From contig PBLA01000001.1 of the NCBI GenBank assembly GCA_002722245.1, forward strand, positions 22,292 to 86,291: a stretch of 64,000 bases of DNA. The letters run 5' to 3'. Each line of letters opens with the position of its first letter. Position 1 is the stretch's first letter. Origin of the DNA: Flavobacteriales bacterium (GTDB lineage Bacteria; Bacteroidota; Bacteroidia; Flavobacteriales_C; GCA-002722245). Of the stretch, positions 49,431-58,303 are shown piece by piece. The notes under the pieces are model-generated. The model did no database searches, had not been told where the DNA came from, and saw only the letters and a program-made list of their open reading frames with translations. The position numbers and the translations under genes were made by a program.

Positions 49431-50489
49431 CTAATGATGCATTACTTTAGAGAGTAGTAAGCTTTGCACCATGCTATTTTCTGTTTTTTGATAATGGGAA
49501 CTGCAATACGTCATATGGCCGTATCCGATATTTTCATTTTTAAATTGAACATTACTGCCTTGAGATGTATAATAATTTGCTAACCACTGACCAATTACAG
49601 GTGGGCAAAGGTTATCATCCGATGCATGCCAAATACTTATGTTTTTTGTTTTGATTAATCTTGGATCGAACCCCCAATCATAACATACATCCTTTGCAGA
49701 TTCCCAACATATTCCTGCTGAACCTCTTTTGACACATCGTTCAACAGAACAGGACAACATCCTAATCAATGCGGTGTCTTGTTCCATATTATCGCACGAG
49801 TATACTAATGTTTTAACAGGTAAACTAGGGGAGAAGAGGTCGGTTGTTATATAAAAGGTAAAAAACATCCACGCGTTTAGCGGATGCTTTAATTGTTCGG
49901 TTGTTTTAAATTGGTCATGTCCCAAAGCTCCTTCAATATTTAATTCCTGTGTTAAATTGTTCGGCAATAAAGGGGCGTTTAAACCCAGTGCAGTACATCG
50001 TTCTTTATAAAAAAAGGCGGCAGCCATAGCATGGGGAGTTCCTTGAGAGTGCCCCGAAATCATAAAATGATCAATGTTTTCTTGTTCTAAAACAGCATAA
50101 AGGTCTTCGGATGCCCATTCAATAACTTTCCGTCCAATTTTCAAATCTGTATTTCCACATCCGGGTAGTGAAATGGATATGCCTCTTACATTTAATTCCT
50201 CACAAGATTTTTGGTGTATTAATTTTTCAAATGTGGCATCTAGCCCAGATCCATGAATATTAATTATCACGGGTGTGTTTGGGTCATTACTACCGTACGT
50301 AAAGTATTCAATTTTTCGTCCATTTGTATCTAAAGCAAGCTTTCCGCCTTCCGCTATCAATTGCTCTCGATTAATTTTAGATTGTCCATTACGTTTTATT
50401 ATAATTCCGCCTATTGTAAAAATCAAAAACAAACATAATCCTCCAATTATAGAATATTTACAAATTTTTTTTAATCTTTTCATATTCAA
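49431..50489 (-). CDS. membrane-anchored alpha/beta hydrolase
   Basis: N-terminal TM helix and a nucleophile elbow GHSQG, with an HG oxyanion region (INIHGSG). Confidence 0.6.
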   Translation of the reverse strand: MNMKRLKKICKYSIIGGLCLFLIFTIGGIIIKRNGQSKINREQLIAEGGKLALDTNGRKIEYFTYGSNDPNTPVIINIHGSGLDATFEKLIHQKSCEELNVRGISISLPGCGNTDLKIGRKVIEWASEDLYAVLEQENIDHFMISGHSQGTPHAMAAAFFYKERCTALGLNAPLLPNNLTQELNIEGALGHDQFKTTEQLKHPLNAWMFFTFYITTDLFSPSLPVKTLVYSCDNMEQDTALIRMLSCSVERCVKRGSAGICWESAKDVCYDWGFDPRLIKTKNISIWHASDDNLCPPVIGQWLANYYTSQGSNVQFKNENIGYGHMTYCSSHYQKTENSMVQSLLLSKVMHH

Positions 50490-50924
50490 TTATTGGTAAC
50501 CAGGTGTATTGCTTAAAGCGATTTTACTTTTTGCAAAGGTGCCGGTTCCAAAGGCAATTTCCTCTCCTTCTTCGTTATATAATGAAGATTCTCCTATCAT
50601 CAGATTAGTAGAGGTAAATCGTGTTTGTCCCATCGCTGTTATTAATCCATGGCGTGCGGGTTTGGTAATGTTTATGGTGAAAGACGTCGTTAATACGAAT
50701 ACGTCATATACAATCGAATTAACGGCAAAGAAAGCAGAATCATCTAAGAGTTTAAAATATACCAGTCCGTGCATAGCATTAAGAGCATGATAATATTTTG
50801 GTGCAAGTTGTAAAGTGATTTCAGACTGCCCCTTTGAAATATAGCAGGTTGTTGTGTCAAATATCATAGTATTGATATTGGCTTGTAAATACATGTTTTG
50901 AAGTTTTCTGTAATGATCCTTCAT
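50490..50924 (-). CDS. hotdog-fold thioesterase (PaaI/4HBT-like)
   Basis: About 144 aa, with a central helix carrying ALNAMHGLVYF, typical of the PaaI family. Its stop abuts the start codon of the downstream hydrolase (one coding unit). Confidence 0.5.
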   Translation of the reverse strand: MKDHYRKLQNMYLQANINTMIFDTTTCYISKGQSEITLQLAPKYYHALNAMHGLVYFKLLDDSAFFAVNSIVYDVFVLTTSFTINITKPARHGLITAMGQTRFTSTNLMIGESSLYNEEGEEIAFGTGTFAKSKIALSNTPGYQ

Positions 50925-50984
50925 GTTCTGTTTTCAATTAACCTATCACTAGTACTATAATAATACTGCTTTTTTTGAATTGGG

Positions 50985-51398
50985 TTATTGAATTTCTATC
51001 CCTTCGTTGATTCGATGTTTTACAATAAAAGAATTTCCGCAGGCAAGTTTATGGGCCAATTTAGTGCCAGGTTGTACAACTCGCCAAAAAGGGGTGATGA
51101 ATCCGATATCTTTTCCATTTAGAAACTCCTCATAGGCAGCTTCAGCAACTATTCTTAAAAAAATACCTGTGGTTACAGGGCATGTTTTATGGGCATTGTA
51201 GGTAAGTGCTAAATCTTTTCTCATTGTTTTTAAATCACTTTGCCTACTAAAAGAAATGTTTTTAATGTAATCATCGATTATTGGCGGAGAAACAATTAGC
51301 ATTTTTGAACCTTCAGGTATATCCGCAAATGTTTTATTAATGATTTTTATTTGAAAGGATTTCTCACAATCTCGTTTTTCAATCCATGACTTAGGCAT
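50985..51398 (-). CDS. MGMT-family / alkyltransferase-like DNA-binding protein lacking the catalytic cysteine
   Basis: SFQIKIINKTFADIPEG resembles the FPQRVWQxVxxIPxG start of MGMT/ATL domains. ITPFWRVVQPGTKLA aligns with VPCHRVIGRNGTMT, with Cys replaced by Phe and His by Trp. The assignment is tentative. Confidence 0.35.
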   Translation of the reverse strand: MPKSWIEKRDCEKSFQIKIINKTFADIPEGSKMLIVSPPIIDDYIKNISFSRQSDLKTMRKDLALTYNAHKTCPVTTGIFLRIVAEAAYEEFLNGKDIGFITPFWRVVQPGTKLAHKLACGNSFIVKHRINEGIEIQ

Positions 51399-51451
51399 AA
51401 TTAATTTTTTAAAAGTTCCTTGGATAATTTTTTAGACGAAAAATCAATTGA

Positions 51452-51964
51452 TTAGTTCAAATTATAGAAGAAATCTTCATCAGATTGCGCTTGTTCTTTT
51501 ATTCCTGCAAGCGCTCGGATCATAATTCCTTTGATTTGTGTGTTTACGAGAAGCCATGTTAGAGGGTTAAAAAGTTTGTTTTTGGAATAGTAAGTGTATG
51601 TGTAAGTAACTTTTATTTTTCTATTCTCTAATTCCTCAACAGACCACTCGCCAATAGCTTTTTTAATAAAAAACAAACTATTAAACTCAAAATCATAGAG
51701 TGTCCATCTCCAATATTTATTTTCAACTCGTTCAAGAATGACATCCTTAAACATTCTTCCTTTTTTAACTAGAAGGTTTCCGTTATTCATTGGGTACCTT
51801 ATTCCGTTTATTTTACCCCAAGTCTCGTCTTCTTCAAAACCTGTAACAGGAGGTTGGAATAAATAGCCCTTCATAAAACGAGTTGCATCTCCCAAGATAG
51901 GTGCTTTAAATGCTCGCTCTCTACTGCATTCAAAAATGTCTTTTAGTTGATAACTGTACTGCAT
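51452..51964 (-). CDS. hypothetical protein, possibly SRPBCC (Bet v1-like) fold
   Basis: 170 aa soluble protein. Weak resemblance only. Confidence 0.3.
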   Translation of the reverse strand: MQYSYQLKDIFECSRERAFKAPILGDATRFMKGYLFQPPVTGFEEDETWGKINGIRYPMNNGNLLVKKGRMFKDVILERVENKYWRWTLYDFEFNSLFFIKKAIGEWSVEELENRKIKVTYTYTYYSKNKLFNPLTWLLVNTQIKGIMIRALAGIKEQAQSDEDFFYNLN

Positions 51965-52005
51965 GAATAACTAATAATAAAATGGGATCGGAATAAATTA
52001 AAAAA

Positions 52006-52755
52006 TTATTTGTTTTTACCGTTCTTTTCTAAAATTCTTACATAAATTAATTTATGTCGACTCTTTTGATTTTCTCTTTGTTCAATTTCGAATCTTCCAA
52101 TTGATTTGATGAGTGGAGTAAGCTTTTCAAAACCATAATTTCGTGAATCAAAGTTTGGACGTTTTTTTTGCAATAAACTTCCTACGTCTCCTAAAAAAGC
52201 CCATCCTTCATCATCGGATAAATCTCGTATTGTTGCAGAAATTAGCTGGATTTCCTTTTTGGTTATTTTATCAATTGTAGGTTCGCTATTATCCTTATTT
52301 TCGGCTTTTTCCTCCGAGCGCTTTTTTAAAATCTCAATGTAAATGAATTTATCGCAAGCTACAATGAATGGGTTTGGAGTTTTTTTCTCGCCTATACCAA
52401 TGACTTGCATCCCTGCTTCTTTAAGACGGGTAGCTAAACGTGTAAAGTCACTATCACTGGAAACTAAACAAAATCCGTTTACTTTTTCGCTGTAAAGAAT
52501 ATCCATGGCGTCTATAATCATTGCAGAGTCTGTGGCGTTTTTTCCAGTGGTGTATCCATATTGCTGAATAGGAGTAATCGCATTTTCCAACAGTAGATTT
52601 TTCCATTTATTTAAACCAGGCCTTGTCCAGTCTCCATATATTCTTTTAATAGAAGGGTTTCCATATTTTGTAATCTCCTCCATCATCTCCTTTACGTGGG
52701 CAGAAGGGATATTATCACCGTCTATTAATACAGCTATGTTTGAGTTGTTATTCAT
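52006..52755 (-). CDS. NYN-domain (LabA-like) nuclease fused to OST-HTH/LOTUS domain
   Basis: N-terminal IAVLIDGDNI...FCLVSSDSDFTRLATRLKEAG (NYN/PIN-like acidic residues). A C-terminal ~70 aa winged-helix-like segment (EGWAFLGDVGSLLQKKRPNFDSRNYGFEKLTPLIKSIGRFEIEQ) is typical of OST-HTH. Confidence 0.65.
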   Translation of the reverse strand: MNNNSNIAVLIDGDNIPSAHVKEMMEEITKYGNPSIKRIYGDWTRPGLNKWKNLLLENAITPIQQYGYTTGKNATDSAMIIDAMDILYSEKVNGFCLVSSDSDFTRLATRLKEAGMQVIGIGEKKTPNPFIVACDKFIYIEILKKRSEEKAENKDNSEPTIDKITKKEIQLISATIRDLSDDEGWAFLGDVGSLLQKKRPNFDSRNYGFEKLTPLIKSIGRFEIEQRENQKSRHKLIYVRILEKNGKNK

Positions 52756-52879
52756 TTGGTTCGCTTAAAAGCATTTTTGTCACACGCTCATTCATTATCT
52801 TATAAAGCGTAACGAAAATGGCGCTAACAATGATTCAAAAAGTATAAAATGGAAGAAGGAAATATGATAACAAATGAAT

Positions 52880-53563
52880 TTATTTTGAAAACTCATCAAC
52901 TTCCTGCTCCTCGATGATGTTTGCTATTTTGTGGCGTTTACCGAAAAGGTAGGTTTTGTTTTCATTGTTTTTAAGTAGTCTCTGAATGTTTTTTTGATGA
53001 GTGACAACAATTAAAACAGCCACAACGGAAGAAAAAATTACTAACGATAAAACTTGTGTTTTAAAGACTAATGATATAAATAATGGAAAGGCAATGCCCG
53101 CAAAAATCGAACCGAGTGATACATATTTAGTTGTGATTAGTATTAAAAGGAATAGGGCTAAGCTACACATTGCAGCAGGTGGATGAACAGCAAGAACAAT
53201 TCCTAAAAGAGTAGCGATCCCTTTCCCTCCTCTAAAACCTGCAAAAATTGGAAAGATATGACCTACAACTGCACAAAAACCGAAGGCTAACTTTAAATTT
53301 GTAAAGGGTGTAATATCATTTTGTCCATAACGCGATTGAAGCCAAACTAAATTGATTGCCAAGGCACCTTTCAAAATATCCAGTAATAATACAGGAATAC
53401 CCGCTTTTTTACCAAGAACTCTAAATGTATTGGTTGCTCCCGCATTCCCTGAACCATGCTCTCTAACGTCAATGCCATGAAAAGTTTTACCCACCCATAC
53501 TGCCGAAGGAATCGAACCAAGGATGTAAGCAAGCACTAACAATAAAACAATTGTAAACGTCAT
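52880..53563 (-). CDS. plsY: glycerol-3-phosphate acyltransferase PlsY
   Basis: YILGSIPSAVWVGKTFHGIDVREHGSGNAGATNTFRVLG is the PlsY signature. Five TM helices. Confidence 0.9.
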   Translation of the reverse strand: MTFTIVLLLVLAYILGSIPSAVWVGKTFHGIDVREHGSGNAGATNTFRVLGKKAGIPVLLLDILKGALAINLVWLQSRYGQNDITPFTNLKLAFGFCAVVGHIFPIFAGFRGGKGIATLLGIVLAVHPPAAMCSLALFLLILITTKYVSLGSIFAGIAFPLFISLVFKTQVLSLVIFSSVVAVLIVVTHQKNIQRLLKNNENKTYLFGKRHKIANIIEEQEVDEFSK

Positions 53564-53681
53564 AACATGAATTACAAGCGTTTAAAGGTATAAAAATACA
53601 CACGTGTTTTCAATTTAAACACCAGATTTAATTAACATACAACCGTTAGATTTTAAAATCAATACGCTGTTTAAAAAAAGA

Positions 53682-54098
53682 TTATTTACAAAAGTCCAGT
53701 ATAATTAGGGCTATAATAAGATATCTTATGAATTTACCTGTAAGCATTGTGAAGAGGGTAAGGTATTTATTCGCTCTAAAAACACCTAGACCAATTGCGA
53801 TCACATCCCCAATAATTGGGGCCCAACATAAAAAACCTAACCAGCCACCTTTTTTCTCAATAATTTTCTGAAAACGTTCAATTTTATCACGCTTTACACG
53901 TAGGTATTTTTCAATCCAGTTCCACTTTGTTAGCCATCCTATCCAGTACGAAAACATGCCGCCGAGCGTATTTCCAATTGTTGCGATCACCAAAGCTGCA
54001 AACACATTGTGCTCATGAATAACAGCGGCGAAATGAATTTCTGAACTAAAAGGAATAAATGTAGCCGCGAGGAAAGATGATATAAATAATAAGAGCAT
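53682..54098 (-). CDS. YqaA/DedA-family small membrane protein
   Basis: 138 aa with three to four TM helices. FIPFSSEIHFAAVI...GNTLGGMFSYWIGW matches the SNARE-associated/DedA-like core. Confidence 0.6.
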   Translation of the reverse strand: MLLLFISSFLAATFIPFSSEIHFAAVIHEHNVFAALVIATIGNTLGGMFSYWIGWLTKWNWIEKYLRVKRDKIERFQKIIEKKGGWLGFLCWAPIIGDVIAIGLGVFRANKYLTLFTMLTGKFIRYLIIALIILDFCK

Positions 54099-54155
54099 AA
54101 AAGTTTAACCCTTTATATTCAATGGATTTAATTCATGTAGATTAGGAGAATATGG

Positions 54156-54872
54156 TTAAATAGACATTAATTCCTTGAACCTTGAGGTTTGTCTTCTTGA
54201 AATTTCCAGTTTCTCTCCACTTTTTAAGGTAACCCTTAAACCGCCATTAAACCAAGCCTCAACTTTGTCAATCCACGTTAGGTTAATAATGTATTTTCTG
54301 GATATTCTAAAGAATTCTTTGTCATTTAAACGTTTTTCTAGGTTGTTTAATGACTTTAGAATCATAGGTTTACTTTCTTCAAAGTAAAGTCTTACATAAT
54401 TACCCTCAGATTCGAACATACGTACTTTGTCCATCTTAACAAACCAGCATTTTTCACCATCTTTGATGAAAATTTGTGAATCATAAGTAAGTTTATCGTC
54501 TGAGTTACTTGATTTGGATTCCTTTTCATCTTCTTTTACCTTTTCAATTGCTTTTTCAAGTCGATTAAGTTCAACCGGTTTAAGCACGTAATCGAGCGCA
54601 TTTACCTCGAACGCTTTTAGCGCGTATTCGTCGTAAGCAGTTACAAAAATGATATTAGGCACGATGTGTAGGTGTTCTAGTACTTCAAAACCGGTCATAC
54701 CAGGCATTTGGATATCAAGAAAAACTAAATCAGGATTTAATTCTTCAATTTTTTCAATTGCTTCCTCGCCATTTGTGGCCTCACCAATGATTTCAATTTC
54801 TGGAAATTTTTCCAAAAGTCTTGTGAGTTCTGTTCTTGCGAGTCGTTCATCATCAACTAATAAAGCTTTCAT
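54156..54872 (-). CDS. LytTR-family response regulator
   Basis: Receiver domain (MKALLVDDE...DLVFLDIQMPGMTGFEV) plus a C-terminal LytTR DNA-binding domain. Confidence 0.88.
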   Translation of the reverse strand: MKALLVDDERLARTELTRLLEKFPEIEIIGEATNGEEAIEKIEELNPDLVFLDIQMPGMTGFEVLEHLHIVPNIIFVTAYDEYALKAFEVNALDYVLKPVELNRLEKAIEKVKEDEKESKSSNSDDKLTYDSQIFIKDGEKCWFVKMDKVRMFESEGNYVRLYFEESKPMILKSLNNLEKRLNDKEFFRISRKYIINLTWIDKVEAWFNGGLRVTLKSGEKLEISRRQTSRFKELMSI

Positions 54873-55933
54873 ATTATATTTTTAGGGATTTTCAGTGTAG
54901 TAATAACCTCTTGGCTATTTAAATTTTGGATTTGAAATGATGCACGATCTTCAAAAATAAAGTTTAATCGTTGCTTACTGTTTTCAATACCAAATCCATT
55001 GGCGTCTTCGTTATGTTTAATTTTCGGATTGTACTGACCCGAATTAATAATTTCCATAATTAAAAACTCATTAGTAGAAGTAGAATTAATAATTAATCTA
55101 CCGCCATCAATTAATCGACTTATACCATGTTTAATCGCATTTTCGGCCAGAGTCTGGATTAACATTGGCGGAATATGATAGTTTAAACAAGAAGGTGAGG
55201 TATTGATTTCATAATACAAGCGCTCTTCCAAACGAATTTTTTCAAGATTTAAATAATCTTTTACCAATTTCAATTCTTCTTCAATTGTAATTAAACTTCT
55301 TTTTTCAAGCGTTAACGTATGACGAAGAATATTACTTAATTGAGTAATACCCTCTTTTGCTTTTTCAGTATCCTCATCAATCAAAGCTCTTAAACCATTC
55401 ATACTGTTAAATATGAAATGTGGATTCAATTGTGATTTAAATTTATTTAATTGAATTTCTTTTAATTTACTCTGTTGTGTTAAATTTTTAATTTCCTCTT
55501 TTTTAAAATTCCTAAAAAAGTAAACCGCAAAATAGAGTATTCCCCAAATAAAATAAACAGTACTGAACGTAGCGGACTGGGCTAAAAATTCGGCCAAAGT
55601 AATATCCTTAACCGATCCATTGTACCAACTTAATCGAATGAGGTATAATAAAAGAATATTTAGTGTTCCAACAATTAAACTTAGAATGGCCAGTTTATGA
55701 AATATTCTTGTAATTCCTTCATTACGCCATTGATATAAATTAAAGATGTATCGAACGAAATGAGAACAGCCAATACCTAACAAAACAAGGAAAATGGAAT
55801 AATAAATATCATTTTTACTAATTGTTCCCTTTGAAAGATAGTTGAATAAAAGATTAGCAAGTGTAAAGGCGGTCCAGCCTAATACTTGCAAGCTCAAATA
55901 CATTTGTTTTTTCTTAGAGATCATTAAGTACAA
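54869..55933 (-). CDS. LytS-like sensor histidine kinase (His_kinase/PF06580 type)
   Basis: Four to five N-terminal TM helices, H-box QLNPHFIFNSMNGLRALI and a C-terminal HATPase region. Overlaps the regulator gene by 4 bp. Confidence 0.8.
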   Translation of the reverse strand: MYLMISKKKQMYLSLQVLGWTAFTLANLLFNYLSKGTISKNDIYYSIFLVLLGIGCSHFVRYIFNLYQWRNEGITRIFHKLAILSLIVGTLNILLLYLIRLSWYNGSVKDITLAEFLAQSATFSTVYFIWGILYFAVYFFRNFKKEEIKNLTQQSKLKEIQLNKFKSQLNPHFIFNSMNGLRALIDEDTEKAKEGITQLSNILRHTLTLEKRSLITIEEELKLVKDYLNLEKIRLEERLYYEINTSPSCLNYHIPPMLIQTLAENAIKHGISRLIDGGRLIINSTSTNEFLIMEIINSGQYNPKIKHNEDANGFGIENSKQRLNFIFEDRASFQIQNLNSQEVITTLKIPKNII

Positions 55934-56015
55934 ATTAAGCCAATAGTTTTTACCAATGCAAAGCGCATTACATAAACGCGCATTGATTTTTATATTTGGT
56001 CTTATTGTAGTAGAA

Positions 56016-56570
56016 ATGAATTTTTTGGCTCATTCCATATTATCTCCCGATTTACCCCTTGTTATGCTGGGTAATCTATCGGGTGACTTTGTAAAAGGAA
56101 GCAAATTTAATGGCATACATGATGATATTGCAAAAGGAGTAAAGATCCATCGCGCCATAGATCATTATACTGATCATCATGTAAATGTGAAAGAAGCTAA
56201 AAAACTCGTGAAAATGGATTTTGGATTATTTTCAGGAGTGGTTATTGATATGTTTTTTGATCATTTTGTTGCTGTTCAGCACACTAATTTAAACGCGCAT
56301 GTAACGTATGTATATCATGAAGCCAATATTCATTTTGAACTCCTTCCTCCAAAATTTAAACATGTTTTCCCATACATGGAAAAATATAATTGGCTGGAGG
56401 CCTATGCAGAATTGGCAAATCTTCGAAAAATCATGTGGCAAATGCGACAAAGAATAGGGGATAAGTCACCACTCGACAAAGCAGTTGATATTCTGATTTC
56501 CAATACAGTAGACTTTCAAGAGTTATTCCAAGAATTTTGGGTGGATATAAATAAGGAATTTAGTTTCTAA
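56016..56570 (+). CDS. acpH: acyl carrier protein phosphodiesterase
   Basis: MNFLAHSILS...LSGDFVKG N-terminus matches the AcpH signature (MNFLAHLHLA). The start is placed at this internal Met. Confidence 0.8.
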   Translation: MNFLAHSILSPDLPLVMLGNLSGDFVKGSKFNGIHDDIAKGVKIHRAIDHYTDHHVNVKEAKKLVKMDFGLFSGVVIDMFFDHFVAVQHTNLNAHVTYVYHEANIHFELLPPKFKHVFPYMEKYNWLEAYAELANLRKIMWQMRQRIGDKSPLDKAVDILISNTVDFQELFQEFWVDINKEFSF

Positions 56571-56619
56571 ATACTGGACTCATTACCTATATTTGTTCGC
56601 AAGAACTAAATTTGAACTT

Positions 56620-57432
56620 ATGTCAAACGGAATACTAAAAGGTAAAAAAGGGATTATTTTTGGAGCTTTAGATGAGAATTCGATAGCTTGGAAAGTAGCC
56701 GTGCAAGCTGCTGCCGAAGGAGCAGAGTTTGTTTTAACAAATGCTCCAATCGCATTGAGAATGGGAGCGATCAATACATTAGCTGAGCAAACGAATTCAA
56801 AGGTTATTCCTGCTGATGCAACATCGGATGAAGATTTAGAAAAATTATTTACGGAGGCTCAAGAGTTTTTAGGAGGTAAAGTTGATTTTGTACTTCATTC
56901 AATCGGAATGTCGCCGAATGTTCGTAAAAAGAAACATTATACAGAACTTAATTATGATTTTTATCATAAAACCTTGGATATATCAGCAATGTCCTTTCAC
57001 AGAGTGTTAGCAGCTGCTAAAAAACTTGACGCAATTAATGAATGGGGGTCTGTAGTTGGTTTATCCTATATCGCAGCACAAAGAACGTTCCCTGATTATT
57101 CGGATATGGCTGAGGCTAAATCGTTATTAGAATCAATAGCCAGAAGTTTTGGATACCACTATGGTACAGAAAAAAATATACGAGTAAATACAATTTCCCA
57201 ATCTCCAACAATGACAACGGCAGGGAAAGGAATTAAAGGATTTAATGGTTTTTATAATTACGCAGATCAAATGTCTCCATTAGGGAACGCTCCAGCTGAG
57301 GACTGTGCAAATTATATTATCTCTTTATTTTCGGATTACACAAAATATGTGACGATGCAGAACTTATTTCATGACGGTGGTTTCTCTAATACTGGAGTTT
57401 CACAAGTAGTAATGGATAAGTTTGAAGAATAA
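56620..57432 (+). CDS. fabI: enoyl-[acyl-carrier-protein] reductase (NADH)
   Basis: LKGKKGIIFGALDENSIAWKVA dinucleotide-binding region and FabI-type length. Follows acpH directly. Confidence 0.85.
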   Translation: MSNGILKGKKGIIFGALDENSIAWKVAVQAAAEGAEFVLTNAPIALRMGAINTLAEQTNSKVIPADATSDEDLEKLFTEAQEFLGGKVDFVLHSIGMSPNVRKKKHYTELNYDFYHKTLDISAMSFHRVLAAAKKLDAINEWGSVVGLSYIAAQRTFPDYSDMAEAKSLLESIARSFGYHYGTEKNIRVNTISQSPTMTTAGKGIKGFNGFYNYADQMSPLGNAPAEDCANYIISLFSDYTKYVTMQNLFHDGGFSNTGVSQVVMDKFEE

Positions 57433-57461
57433 AATAAAATAGAAAGGAATAAAAGAATAAA

Positions 57462-57484
57462 GCCCAGTTTATTAACTGGGTTTT
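57462..57484. terminator. bidirectional terminator between convergent fabI and sulfotransferase genes
   Basis: CCCAGTT-tatt-AACTGGG hairpin, followed by TTTTATTTTTT. Confidence 0.5.
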
Positions 57485-58157
57485 ATTTTTTCCAAAGGCC
57501 AAGTAAATCGATATACTTAATTTGAAGGTTGTATCTAATTTGTTTTCTATAATATTTCAACCTTCCCATTTCTTTATCAATGTTTTTTCCCTTATCTGCT
57601 GAATTGTTCGCATGCGGAAAAGGGGTTTGGGGTATATCCTTTCCAAGAAAATTACACAACTCTTTCCATTGATCTCCTTTTATAAAGTCAAGTTCTAGAA
57701 AATCATCTGGACGATTTTTAAAGTAATTTCTTACATCCTCTATATGATCATTGTATACGCGCAACGTATTCTCTTTATCATCTTTTGGAAGCCCTTTTCC
57801 ACGTCCGTACAACCACTCGTGCTTCGGAGATCTTAACTTCCCAATATGTCTTGAAACGCTTTTGAACCAGGATTCAGGTTCGCGATACGTTAAAATAAAT
57901 TTTGAATTCGGATATAAACTGTCTAATTCCTTGTAGATATAATACCAAGGTGTGTCCTCAACCGCATCATAACCTTCTAAAAGACTTTGAATTTTAGTCC
58001 AGTTTTCTCTTAATATTGGCAATGTGGCTCTTCCTGTTGTGTCCTTTACACGATAGCCAAGTATTTTTAGTGCATCACGTAACGTAGACGTTCCTGTTTT
58101 TTGGAAGCCAACACCAATAATTAATCCTTGATTTGTTTTATTCATAGCCTCAAGCAA
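57483..58157 (-). CDS. sulfotransferase family protein
   Basis: 5'-PSB-like motif GFQKTGTSTL, with the 3'-PB region conserved. About 224 aa. Confidence 0.65.
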   Translation of the reverse strand: MLEAMNKTNQGLIIGVGFQKTGTSTLRDALKILGYRVKDTTGRATLPILRENWTKIQSLLEGYDAVEDTPWYYIYKELDSLYPNSKFILTYREPESWFKSVSRHIGKLRSPKHEWLYGRGKGLPKDDKENTLRVYNDHIEDVRNYFKNRPDDFLELDFIKGDQWKELCNFLGKDIPQTPFPHANNSADKGKNIDKEMGRLKYYRKQIRYNLQIKYIDLLGLWKK

Positions 58158-58207
58158 AAATAAGATTTAAAATGAACGTTAAAAAGAATCTGTTTTAACA
58201 AAAAGAA

Positions 58208-58225
58208 AGTCCCGTAAAAACGGGA
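58208..58225. terminator. hairpin terminator downstream of the M74-like peptidase gene (- strand; stop at 58304)
   Basis: GTCCCG-taaaaa-CGGGAC perfect hairpin in the 58158-58303 intergenic region. Confidence 0.4.
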
Positions 58226-58303
58226 CTAAACTACCTAATACTAACTTTCAAAAAAATTACCTGATTTCCATTACGGAGTCATTAGCTAAAAGTTTCTTAA
58301 TGT

